Positions 28,760 to 37,121 of a stretch of 64,000 nt of DNA are shown here, one piece after another. Position numbers and translations under genes: made by a program. The first letter of the stretch is position 1. Every line of letters starts with the position of its first letter. The notes under the pieces are model-generated. The model saw nothing but the letters and a program-made list of their open reading frames with translations. It made no database searches and had not been told where the DNA came from. The DNA lies in assembly GCA_043819515.1 (NCBI GenBank), contig JBDRES010000040.1, forward strand, positions 76,871-140,870, given 5' to 3'. Origin of the DNA: a bacterium. Lineage in GTDB: Bacteria > Zixibacteria > MSB-5A5 > GN15 > FEB-12.

Positions 28760-29695
28760 ATGCGACCGGTCAAACAGACCAAACACGTTCTCACCTTCCT
28801 GCTGGTCAGGGTTCTATTTTTTGCGCTGAATCGTATGGGGCGCCAAGCCGGGATGCTCATGGGTAGCCTTTTGGGCGTTCTGGCCTGGCGAATGCTGGCG
28901 CGGGATCGCTACCGGATCGATCGCCACTTGCGACTGACCGTCGGCTGCCGGATGACTCCCGACGAACGACGCTCGCTGTCCCGTCGTTTTTTTGTCAACT
29001 CCGGTCGCAATCTCATAGAGGTCATTCGTATGGGGCGACATTTCGAGCGCGATATTGAACCACGTTTGGAGTTCGAGGGTCTGGAGCATCTTGACGCGGC
29101 TTACCATCGGGGCCGGGGAGTAATTGCCATCACCGGACATATCGGCAACTTTGAGCTATTGGCGGCCGCGGTGTCCCGTCGTGGTTACCGCTGCGCCGCC
29201 ATCGGGCGGACCATGTATGATCGACGCATGGACCAATTGCTGATTGATAACCGCCGCCGACTCGGCCTGACCAATTTTGCCTCCACTGAGTCACCTCGGA
29301 AAATGCTCAGCTGGCTGAAGGAGGGGGGGATTCTGGGCGTTTTGATCGATGTCGATTCGATCAGCTTGCGTAGTACTTTCGTGCCAGTCTTGGGACGCAT
29401 GGCTCTGACACCCATCGGCCAGACCATGCTGGGTCTGAAGGCCGGGGCCGCCTTTGTGCCGGTAGCCTGTGTGCGTGTTCGGGGCGATCGCTATCGAGTC
29501 ATATTCAGGCCGGAGATTACCCTCGAGCCGTCGGGCGATTTTGATTTGGATGTTTATCGCATGACGGCCGCCTGCTCTCGTGAGCTCGACTTTTACATTC
29601 GGAGCTTTCCGGATCAATGGATCTGGCTCAAAAACCGCTGGCTGACGCCGCTGAGCTACCCGGCCTGGCGCCCCGAAGAAGTTTCCGCCCATTAA
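28760..29695 (+). CDS. Lipid A late acyltransferase (LpxL/HtrB family)
   Basis: GHIGNFE, LIDV, PDQWIWLKNRW. Located in the kds cluster. Confidence 0.85.
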   Translation: MRPVKQTKHVLTFLLVRVLFFALNRMGRQAGMLMGSLLGVLAWRMLARDRYRIDRHLRLTVGCRMTPDERRSLSRRFFVNSGRNLIEVIRMGRHFERDIEPRLEFEGLEHLDAAYHRGRGVIAITGHIGNFELLAAAVSRRGYRCAAIGRTMYDRRMDQLLIDNRRRLGLTNFASTESPRKMLSWLKEGGILGVLIDVDSISLRSTFVPVLGRMALTPIGQTMLGLKAGAAFVPVACVRVRGDRYRVIFRPEITLEPSGDFDLDVYRMTAACSRELDFYIRSFPDQWIWLKNRWLTPLSYPAWRPEEVSAH

Positions 29696-29730
29696 TGCCG
29701 ATACTCGTATAAGGGAATGTCGGAGAACGC

Positions 29731-30336
29731 ATGATGCAAAAGACTGTCAAAAGAACCGGTGTCGTTTTCGGAACCATCTCATTGGTTATAGCCGCCGTAG
29801 TCGTTAGCGTGCTGTCTCTGGGCTGCGATACTACCAACGAAAACACGGCCGGCAGGGATGATTCGCAGCAATCCGGCCAGATGCGGCCCGACACCTATGG
29901 CACCGGCGTCCAAATCGAATTGTACGAGCGCGGCCGGCGGACGGCTGAAATACTCTCCGACACTATGGTTCGCTACGACAAAATCGACTCTACCATGGCC
30001 CGCATGATTCATGTTGACGCCTTTGACAGCACCGGTCGGGCTACCGGCAAGCTCGTCGGAGACTCGGCCGTGATTCGCGAAAACACCGGCCTTATGGATG
30101 TATTTGGTCACGTTGTTTTTATTGCCGATGATGGAACCAGCCTCCGAACGGAGTACCTGCGCTGGAGTCCGGAGACCGACCAGGTCGAGACCGATTCGTT
30201 TGTGCGGATTGAGCGCGATAAAGACTGGGCCACCGGTTGGATCTTGCGCGCCGATCGTGACCTGAAGCGCTGGCGTATCGAAAAGGACTTCCAGGGCACG
30301 TTTTTTGGCGCCCCCCTGTTGGATGAAACGCCCTGA
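29731..30336 (+). CDS. lptC: LPS export protein LptC
   Basis: N-terminal TM/lipobox, beta-jellyroll pattern, LRTEYLRW...VETDSFV. Follows kdsD and the acyltransferase. Confidence 0.75.
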   Translation: MMQKTVKRTGVVFGTISLVIAAVVVSVLSLGCDTTNENTAGRDDSQQSGQMRPDTYGTGVQIELYERGRRTAEILSDTMVRYDKIDSTMARMIHVDAFDSTGRATGKLVGDSAVIRENTGLMDVFGHVVFIADDGTSLRTEYLRWSPETDQVETDSFVRIERDKDWATGWILRADRDLKRWRIEKDFQGTFFGAPLLDETP

Positions 30337-30432
30337 ACCATACCTGCCGAGCAGTCCTGCTTTCAGTACCCCCACGGTTGCTTTTGGCGTCCGCGGCAAC
30401 TATAATCAGATCAACTTTGCGGAAACAGGGCT

Positions 30433-30813
30433 ATGGGTATAAACGATCTTTTTGGGTTCTCGTCCCGACAGTTGCGGTTTGTGGCTTTGATGGCTGGTAC
30501 GGCGGCTGCGCTTGGTGCCTACCTTTTTGTCAGGTCGCACGCCTACCCCGACGGCGATGTGCCCCGGCCACTGCCGGTATTCTATGATTCGTCTGAGAGA
30601 CCCACCGCCTTGTTCCAGCTCAATCCCAACACAGCTCCGCTGGATTCCCTCGAACTCGTCCCCGGCATTGGACCGGAATTGGCCGAACGAATCGCCGAGA
30701 GTCGAGACCGCGAGCCTTTTGAAACCGTGGATGACTTGCTGGCCGTCCACGGTATCGGCGCTAAGACTCTGGAGCGTATCAAGCCGTATATGAAACTGGA
30801 TTCCGATGACTGA
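30433..30813 (+). CDS. ComEA-like helix-hairpin-helix DNA-binding protein
   Basis: TM helix, NPNTA, LELVPGIGPELAERI, F.TVDDLLAVHGIGAKTLE. Confidence 0.88.
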   Translation: MGINDLFGFSSRQLRFVALMAGTAAALGAYLFVRSHAYPDGDVPRPLPVFYDSSERPTALFQLNPNTAPLDSLELVPGIGPELAERIAESRDREPFETVDDLLAVHGIGAKTLERIKPYMKLDSDD

Positions 30814-31660
30814 TAAAGCCACCACGGTGGGCATTGACGTTGGCCCTCAGCAGTGTTTTGTGGCCCGCGTCGAAAACCAATCGGGCCGACCCCAGATCAA
30901 GGCGCTGGCTCGCTTCAATCGCGAGCGTTTGTCCGGCCATCCCTTGTTGGCCCACTGCCGCCGGGTCTTTTCCGTCGCCGACGATCACGCTCTGGTCAAG
31001 CGGCTGGCGGTGGACCCGGTCGAAGGCTACCGGATCGAGGATCTGGCCCGCTTTGAAATGTCCCAGTGTATGATTGAGGCCCAGGCCGCCTTCCATTTTC
31101 AGGTGGCTGCCGGCAGCGGATCAGATGTGGTCCTGGGCTGTGCCGTTCACCGCGAGCACTTCGAGCGGCTTAAGGGACTGGTGGCGGTCGACGATGGAGT
31201 CGCGCCGGCCGAGTTTCATGTTCGCGCCGTGGCGCTGGCCAAAGGTCATCGTACCTATTGTCGGTCCGGCAGTGGAGAATTGGAAGTCCTTATGGACTTG
31301 GGTGCCGACGTGGCCTCAATAGCCGTCGTGCACCGAGGTGATTTAGTCGACACCGCCTTTCTCAAGCTGGACCGGTTCGATCTCGAGTGCGATCACGATC
31401 GACGGCGACTCTGCCGCGAACTGCGAACGGTGGTGAATTTCAGGCTGGCCGATCTGGCTCACGATGGCGTTTCAGTGCCGCCGTCGGCGGTGATGATCAG
31501 CGGAGAGAACAGTCGGCCTGAAGTCTACGAGGCTATGGCGAGTGTTTTCGCCTGCCGGATTGCACCACCCCAATTGTCGCCGGCCTTTTTCCCCAACCGA
31601 ACCGATCTGGACCGCCTGCCGCTGGCGTTGTATCTGGTGGCTCTCGGACTGACGGCCTGA
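30806..31660 (+). CDS. Divergent PilM-like (actin-fold) protein
   Basis: VGIDVG at the N-terminus, LMDLGA, ELRTVVNF, MISG, ALGL at the end. This is the PilM layout but shortened. Confidence 0.55.
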   Translation: MTDKATTVGIDVGPQQCFVARVENQSGRPQIKALARFNRERLSGHPLLAHCRRVFSVADDHALVKRLAVDPVEGYRIEDLARFEMSQCMIEAQAAFHFQVAAGSGSDVVLGCAVHREHFERLKGLVAVDDGVAPAEFHVRAVALAKGHRTYCRSGSGELEVLMDLGADVASIAVVHRGDLVDTAFLKLDRFDLECDHDRRRLCRELRTVVNFRLADLAHDGVSVPPSAVMISGENSRPEVYEAMASVFACRIAPPQLSPAFFPNRTDLDRLPLALYLVALGLTA

Positions 31661-31767
31661 TTGCCGCGGCCGCGCCACCCGATTATTACAGTTGCCACTA
31701 GCGCCCCAAACTGTATATTTCGAGACGTAAATCTTGGGTCTTTTGACTTCACGTATGGAATTGGACC

Positions 31768-32271
31768 ATGGGCAAACGCATCGCCATATATCCCGGTACT
31801 TTCGACCCGGTCACCAACGGTCATCTGTCGCTGATCGAACGTGCCGTCGGCCTGTTTGATCATCTGATTGTCGGTGTTGCCGCCAGCGCCGGCAAAGACC
31901 CCTGGTTCAACCTCAAAGAGCGGGTGGACATGATGAAGCTGGCGCTTTCTGATCGCGAGTATGCAAGCAGCACGGAGGTGATCGAATTTGACGGTCTGTT
32001 GGCCGACTTGGCCGTTAGGTCCGGTGCCGTTGCCATCATCCGCGGCCTTCGCGCCGTATCTGATTTTGAATACGAATTCCAGATGGCCTTGATGAACCGC
32101 AAACTGGCGCGGTCGGTTGAGACCGTCTTTTTGATGCCGGCTCTATCCTGGGTGTATCTATCGTCGACTATCGTCAAGGATGTGGCGGCACATGGTGGCG
32201 CCGTAGACACTCTGGTCCCGGACCATGTCGCAAAGGCGCTCAAACTGAAAGCCGACCTCAGGAGCCGGTAG
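31768..32271 (+). CDS. coaD: Phosphopantetheine adenylyltransferase
   Basis: YPGTFDPVTNGH, RGLRAVSDFEYE, SSTIVK. Confidence 0.98.
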   Translation: MGKRIAIYPGTFDPVTNGHLSLIERAVGLFDHLIVGVAASAGKDPWFNLKERVDMMKLALSDREYASSTEVIEFDGLLADLAVRSGAVAIIRGLRAVSDFEYEFQMALMNRKLARSVETVFLMPALSWVYLSSTIVKDVAAHGGAVDTLVPDHVAKALKLKADLRSR

Positions 32272-32335
32272 CCCGGCCGCATGCGCTCGTGGCTACTCAC
32301 CCAGCCAACACTAGCCAGAGGAACCGATAGCAATT

Positions 32336-33907
32336 ATGACCGATCAGAAAAAGGGCAATGACTCGCTGCAAGACCAGGAGCCGACACCGGCACCACCCCT
32401 GGCCGAACTTATCAGGACCCGGCGCGAAAAGGTTTTGCAGCTGGCCGCCGAGGGCATCAGCAGCTATCCCTATAGCTACCAGCGGACCCATCAAGTGGCT
32501 GTTGTTCTGGCCGATTTTGAAAAACTGGCCGCGGCCGAGACCGTTATTCGTCTGGCCGGGCGGGTGATGCTCAAACGGAAAATGGGCAAAGCCAGCTTCG
32601 CCGACATCGTCGACATGACCGGACGGATACAGATCTACGTAAAAAAAGATATCGTCGGCGAGGATGCTTATCATACGTTCGATACGATTGATTTGGGCGA
32701 TATTATCGGCGTCGAAGGGACGCTCTTTGTTACCCGCACCGGTCAGCAAACGCTCAATGTCACTTCATTTGAATTGCTGACCAAGGCCCTGCACCCCCTG
32801 CCGGACAAGCACGCCGGTCTGACCGATGTCGAGACCCGCTATCGACGTCGCTATGCCGACTTGATTGTCAATCCGGAAGTACGCCAGACGTTTGTCGCCC
32901 GCTCCAGGATTGTCCGGATCATCCGTGACTACCTTAATGGCCAGGGCTTCCTCGAGGTCGAGACGCCGATCCTGCAGCCGCTCTACGGCGGTGGCAATGC
33001 CCTGCCTTTCAAGACCCATCACAATCGCCTGCACCGCGACCTGTTTCTGCGTATTGCCGATGAGCTTTATCTCAAGAGATTGATAGTCGGTGGCTATGAG
33101 AAAGTCTGGGAGTATTGCAAAGACTTCCGTAACGAAGGCATCGATCGTTCGCATAATCCGGAATTCTCGATGATCGAGCTCTATTGGGCCTACGCCGACT
33201 ATCGCGACATGGCCAAACTGGTCGAGGACATGTTTCGACATACGGTGTTTGAGCTGCACGGTCACTACAAGATCCCTTACGGCGATCATGAAATCGACCT
33301 CGAACCGCAATTCCGATGGATTAGTATGGTCGACTCGATCAAAGAAAAGACAGGAGTCGACTTCGATCCGCTTTCATTCGAAGATGCCAGGGAGAAAGCC
33401 ACCCAGCTCGGCATCGACGAAAAAGGGCTGATCAACAAAGGCAAAGTGATCGAGGCGGTATGGGAGACCAAAGTTGAGCCACATCTGATCCAGCCGACCT
33501 TCATCACCGACCACCCGATTGAGATATCTCCGCTGGCCAAAAAGCATCGCGAGAAGGATGGATGCACCGAGCGGTTTGAACTGTTCATGGCCGGTCAGGA
33601 GATGGGCAACGCCTTCAGCGAACTGAACGACCCCATGGATCAGCTCGAACGTTTCCTGCAACAGGGCAAAGCCCTTGAGGCCGGAGATGAAGAAGCTCAA
33701 CCGCTGGACGATGATTTTATCACAGCTTTGGCTTATGGCATGCCTCCCACGGCCGGACTGGGTTTTGGTGTTGATCGCCTGGTGATGTTACTTACCAATC
33801 AGCACAATATCTCAGATGTCATCCTGTTTCCACAGATGAAGGATACCCAGGATGCGGGTGTGCCGGTTTCGCAGATCCTGGCGCAGATTCGCCAGGCCGA
33901 GAAATAG
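32336..33907 (+). CDS. lysS: Lysine-tRNA ligase (class II)
   Basis: MGKASF, YRRRYADL, LRIADELYLKRL, FRNEG...HNPEF, ERFE, YGMPPTAGLGFGVDRL. Confidence 0.98.
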   Translation: MTDQKKGNDSLQDQEPTPAPPLAELIRTRREKVLQLAAEGISSYPYSYQRTHQVAVVLADFEKLAAAETVIRLAGRVMLKRKMGKASFADIVDMTGRIQIYVKKDIVGEDAYHTFDTIDLGDIIGVEGTLFVTRTGQQTLNVTSFELLTKALHPLPDKHAGLTDVETRYRRRYADLIVNPEVRQTFVARSRIVRIIRDYLNGQGFLEVETPILQPLYGGGNALPFKTHHNRLHRDLFLRIADELYLKRLIVGGYEKVWEYCKDFRNEGIDRSHNPEFSMIELYWAYADYRDMAKLVEDMFRHTVFELHGHYKIPYGDHEIDLEPQFRWISMVDSIKEKTGVDFDPLSFEDAREKATQLGIDEKGLINKGKVIEAVWETKVEPHLIQPTFITDHPIEISPLAKKHREKDGCTERFELFMAGQEMGNAFSELNDPMDQLERFLQQGKALEAGDEEAQPLDDDFITALAYGMPPTAGLGFGVDRLVMLLTNQHNISDVILFPQMKDTQDAGVPVSQILAQIRQAEK

Positions 33908-34000
33908 GGCTGAGGTTCTCTAAGAGAGTCACGAGTCTGACCACTTCTCTCTGGGTCGCCGAGGCCGATGCCTCCACGACAAACAGCGCACACTACAGGG

Positions 34001-34170
34001 GTCACCCTGAGCGGAGTCGAAGGGTGGCACCGACAACAGCAAGTAGGTCGGGTTCCGGAGTGAGTGAAACGAACGTAGAAACCCGACTCACACAAGGTGT
34101 GTCTTATTGGCAATGGGGGCTTAGCGGTGAATCTACGGGGTTGGGTTTCTCCCTGCGGTCGGAATACGAC
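34001..34170. repeat. Cluster of REP/REPIN-like palindromes
   Basis: GTCACCCTGAGCGGAGTCGAAGGGTGGC (34001-34028), GTAG-GTCGGGTT...AACCCGAC (34043-34087), and a degenerate inverted copy at 34140-34170. Confidence 0.65.
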
Positions 34171-34247
34171 AGCTGGAACCGACAACACCCTTGACAACCA
34201 AGACAGTCGCTACAGCTGACTCGGTTTGAAACGAAGACAGGCCGACG

Positions 34248-34781
34248 TCAGCGCAACAGTCGTCGGTTCTGTTTGGACACCTCGCCGGCAAAATCCCTGG
34301 CAATGCCCCGGAAGGTCTCGGCGGTCGGACGAATGAAGGTGCGTTCGCTGCGATTAAACTCACCGGCACATACAACCTGATCAGACTCCAGATGGACTAG
34401 TTCGACGTAGGCCGTTAGTCGCGCCCGGTTGACCAGGAAGGGGAAGAGTGACACAAAAAAGCCGTCGACTTTTTCAAAGGCCAACAGCTTGGTCCGTACT
34501 TCATAGGCTGCCGGTTGGAGCGAATCGACCATTCGCAGACTATGCTTTTCGTCGATGGCCGTAGCCAGATCAAGGCGGAATTGATCCAGATTCGCAGCCG
34601 TCGGCCGCTGTTCGGGGGGCTGACTGTCCGGCAAGGCATCTTCAATAACCCCGATCCGGCAGGTTTCCGGGGCCACCAGCGGCTCGGTCAGCGATTGGTT
34701 CATCTGATAGGTCTGGGAGCAGCCGAGCAAAGCCACCACGATTATCACGGCTACGGCTATCGATAGGCGCGTCTCTTTCAC
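34248..34781 (-). CDS. Hypothetical lipoprotein (DUF4410-like layout)
   Basis: Lipobox LLGC, AGGAG SD, alpha/beta pattern ending in an amphipathic helix. Confidence 0.7.
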   Translation of the reverse strand: MKETRLSIAVAVIIVVALLGCSQTYQMNQSLTEPLVAPETCRIGVIEDALPDSQPPEQRPTAANLDQFRLDLATAIDEKHSLRMVDSLQPAAYEVRTKLLAFEKVDGFFVSLFPFLVNRARLTAYVELVHLESDQVVCAGEFNRSERTFIRPTAETFRGIARDFAGEVSKQNRRLLR

Positions 34782-34950
34782 ATCATTCTCCTGTGCTAAC
34801 TCTAAACGAATATAGCCCGCTTCTGCTTAATAGGACAAACTCAAAAAATGCAGGCTGCTCTTGCCAGACAGAGGCCAATTGCTATATTCCCGGTCATAGA
34901 ATTGTCGAATTTACCACCCGCGGTCGCCCTGGCGGCCCTTTGGAGGAGTT

Positions 34951-36342
34951 ATGGAATACCGCATTGAAAAAGACACGATGGGCGAGATGAAAGTCCCGGC
35001 CGACCGCTACTATGGTTGTCAGACGGCCCGCTCGCTGGAGAATTTCCGTATCGGCGGCGAACGGATGCCGCGCGAACTAATCCGCGCTATGGGGATTCTC
35101 AAAAAGGCCGCCGCGCTGGTCAACATGGATCTGGGCAAGATGCCCAAAGACAAGGGGGAACTGATTGTCAAGGCGGCCGATGAGGTCATCGAAGGCAAGC
35201 TCGACGACCATTTCCCGCTGGTGGTCTGGCAGACCGGCTCGGGGACCCAGTCCAACATGAACAGCAACGAAGTGATTTCCAACCGGGCCATCGAACTGGC
35301 CGGGGGTGTGCTCGGTTCGAAAGATCCAGTCCATCCCAACGACCATGTCAACATGGCGCAATCATCGAACGACACTTTCCCGACCGCTATGCATATCGCC
35401 GCTGTCGAGGAGATTCACCGTCGCCTGATCCCGATGGTCACCCAGTTGCGGAATACGCTGCAGAAGAAATCGGACGAATTCAAAGACATCATCAAGATCG
35501 GTCGCACGCATTTGATGGACGCGACGCCGTTGACATTGGGACAGGAATTCTCCGGTTACACTTATCAGTTGACGCTGGGGCTGGACCGGATCAACGATTG
35601 TCTGAAGCGCCTTTATCCGCTGGCGTTAGGGGGCACGGCCGTCGGCACCGGTCTCAATACCCACCCCGAATTCGCCGACCGCTCGGCGGCCCAGATCGCC
35701 AAAATCACCGGCCAACCGTTCGTGACGGCGCCCAACAAGTTCGAGGCTCTGGCCACTCATGACGCCATCGTCGAAGCCTCCGGCGTTATGAAAACTCTGG
35801 CCTGCTCGCTGATGAAAATCGCCAACGATATCCGCCTTTTGGGTTCCGGCCCGCGCTGCGGTATCGGCGAACTGGCGCTGCCGGCCAATGAGCCGGGTTC
35901 GTCGATCATGCCGGGCAAAGTCAACCCGACCCAATGCGAAGCGATGACTATGGTTTGCGCCCAGGTGATCGGCAACGATGTCTCGGTCAACATCGGCGGC
36001 GCCACCGGCCACTTCGAATTGAATGTGTTCAAGCCGGTCATGATTTACAACCTGCTACAGTCGATTCGTCTGATCGCTGATTCGTGCGAGATGTTTAACG
36101 ACAAGTGCGCGGTCGGGATCGAGCCGAACCGGGATGCCATACAGAAGCATCTGACCAACTCGCTCATGCTGGTCACGGCGCTGAACCCGCACATCGGTTA
36201 TGACAACGCTGCCAAGGTCGCCAAGAAAGCCCACGCCGAGGGCACGACCCTCAAGGAATCAGTCGTTGCTCTGGGTCTGTTGACCGCGGAAGAATTCGAC
36301 GAGAAAGTCCGCCCCGAAAAAATGATCGGCCCAAAGAAGTAG
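34951..36342 (+). CDS. fumC: Class II fumarate hydratase
   Basis: [32 protein letters not shown] signature. Confidence 0.98.
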   Translation: MEYRIEKDTMGEMKVPADRYYGCQTARSLENFRIGGERMPRELIRAMGILKKAAALVNMDLGKMPKDKGELIVKAADEVIEGKLDDHFPLVVWQTGSGTQSNMNSNEVISNRAIELAGGVLGSKDPVHPNDHVNMAQSSNDTFPTAMHIAAVEEIHRRLIPMVTQLRNTLQKKSDEFKDIIKIGRTHLMDATPLTLGQEFSGYTYQLTLGLDRINDCLKRLYPLALGGTAVGTGLNTHPEFADRSAAQIAKITGQPFVTAPNKFEALATHDAIVEASGVMKTLACSLMKIANDIRLLGSGPRCGIGELALPANEPGSSIMPGKVNPTQCEAMTMVCAQVIGNDVSVNIGGATGHFELNVFKPVMIYNLLQSIRLIADSCEMFNDKCAVGIEPNRDAIQKHLTNSLMLVTALNPHIGYDNAAKVAKKAHAEGTTLKESVVALGLLTAEEFDEKVRPEKMIGPKK

Positions 36343-36417
36343 GGGGCTGTTTTAGAGTCATCTACGTGCCGTCGGGTCCTGTGCCCGACGGTTGCCAGAT
36401 GTCTTCAATTGGTGCAG

Positions 36418-36452
36418 GGCAGGCCTCGACGAAGTTGGCCTGCCTTTTTTTT
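36418..36452 (+). terminator. Intrinsic terminator of fumC
   Basis: GGCAGGCC...GGCCTGCC followed by T8. Confidence 0.85.
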
Positions 36453-36522
36453 GCACCCCTAAAGCCGTCTTACCAAACCGCCGAAAATGTGGATAGGATT
36501 CTCGCAATTTGGAGGACGTGCG

Positions 36523-36861
36523 TTGAGCAAGAGGAATTGCTGGGAGATCAAGAACTGTGGTTTGCAGCCCGGTGGGGACATAGCCAAGATTCGCGGTGTG
36601 TGCCCGGCTGCAGTATGTGAGGAGTATGACGGTGTCAACCACGGACTCAAGGCCGGTCGCTTCTGCTGGGCGGTCGCCGGGACGATGTGCGAGGGCAGGG
36701 TCCAGGGCATTTTTGCAATGAAGATCGAAACCTGCCTGCAATGCGAAGTCTTCCGCGCCGTTTCCGATGAAATGGGACCGGAATTCACAATGCACCCGGA
36801 CGATTGCAACCGCCCCGACGTCGATACGACGACCTGCGACCGACATCCGCACCCCGAGTGA
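36523..36861 (+). CDS. Small Cys-rich protein of the two-CW domain type
   Basis: GGAGG SD then TTG. NCWEIKNCG, CPA, GRFCWAVAGTMC, CLQCEVF. Confidence 0.75.
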   Translation: MSKRNCWEIKNCGLQPGGDIAKIRGVCPAAVCEEYDGVNHGLKAGRFCWAVAGTMCEGRVQGIFAMKIETCLQCEVFRAVSDEMGPEFTMHPDDCNRPDVDTTTCDRHPHPE

Positions 36862-36887
36862 TGAATCTGATTACAAAGCCCCCAAAC

Positions 36888-37015
36888 AAAAAAAAGGCGG
36901 AGAGCGTTCTCCGCCTTCTGACACTGTGGGAATAGTCAGGACCTTTCCGGCTGTCCGTTGCCGGAGTGGGTGGTCCTAACCATTAAACGACTTCGCATTC
37001 CGTAAGTTCCCATTA
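36888..37015 (-). ncRNA. Candidate structured small RNA ending in an intrinsic terminator
   Basis: The terminator (GGCGGAGA/TCTCCGCC with an A8 run at 36888) faces the minus strand, where no gene lies. Three nested stems sit upstream of it. Confidence 0.4.
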
Positions 37016-37086
37016 AGTAGTATTATCGATCTATTTTTTCGTTTTTGTTCACTCGCCCCGGGTTTTCTGCATGACCACCCAGATTG

Positions 37087-37121
37087 TTGCTAACTGATTG
37101 AGAATCATATATATTCGCCGC
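37087..37121 (+). promoter_or_regulatory. sigma70-type promoter implying a leaderless rqcH mRNA
   Basis: TTGCTA-17 bp-TATATT-6 bp-ATG, no SD. Confidence 0.6.

Noticed and set aside
32272-32335. T-box or lysine riboswitch before lysS (alaS also checked)
   Set aside because: The intergenic space is too small and has no GGTGGNACCGCG motif.
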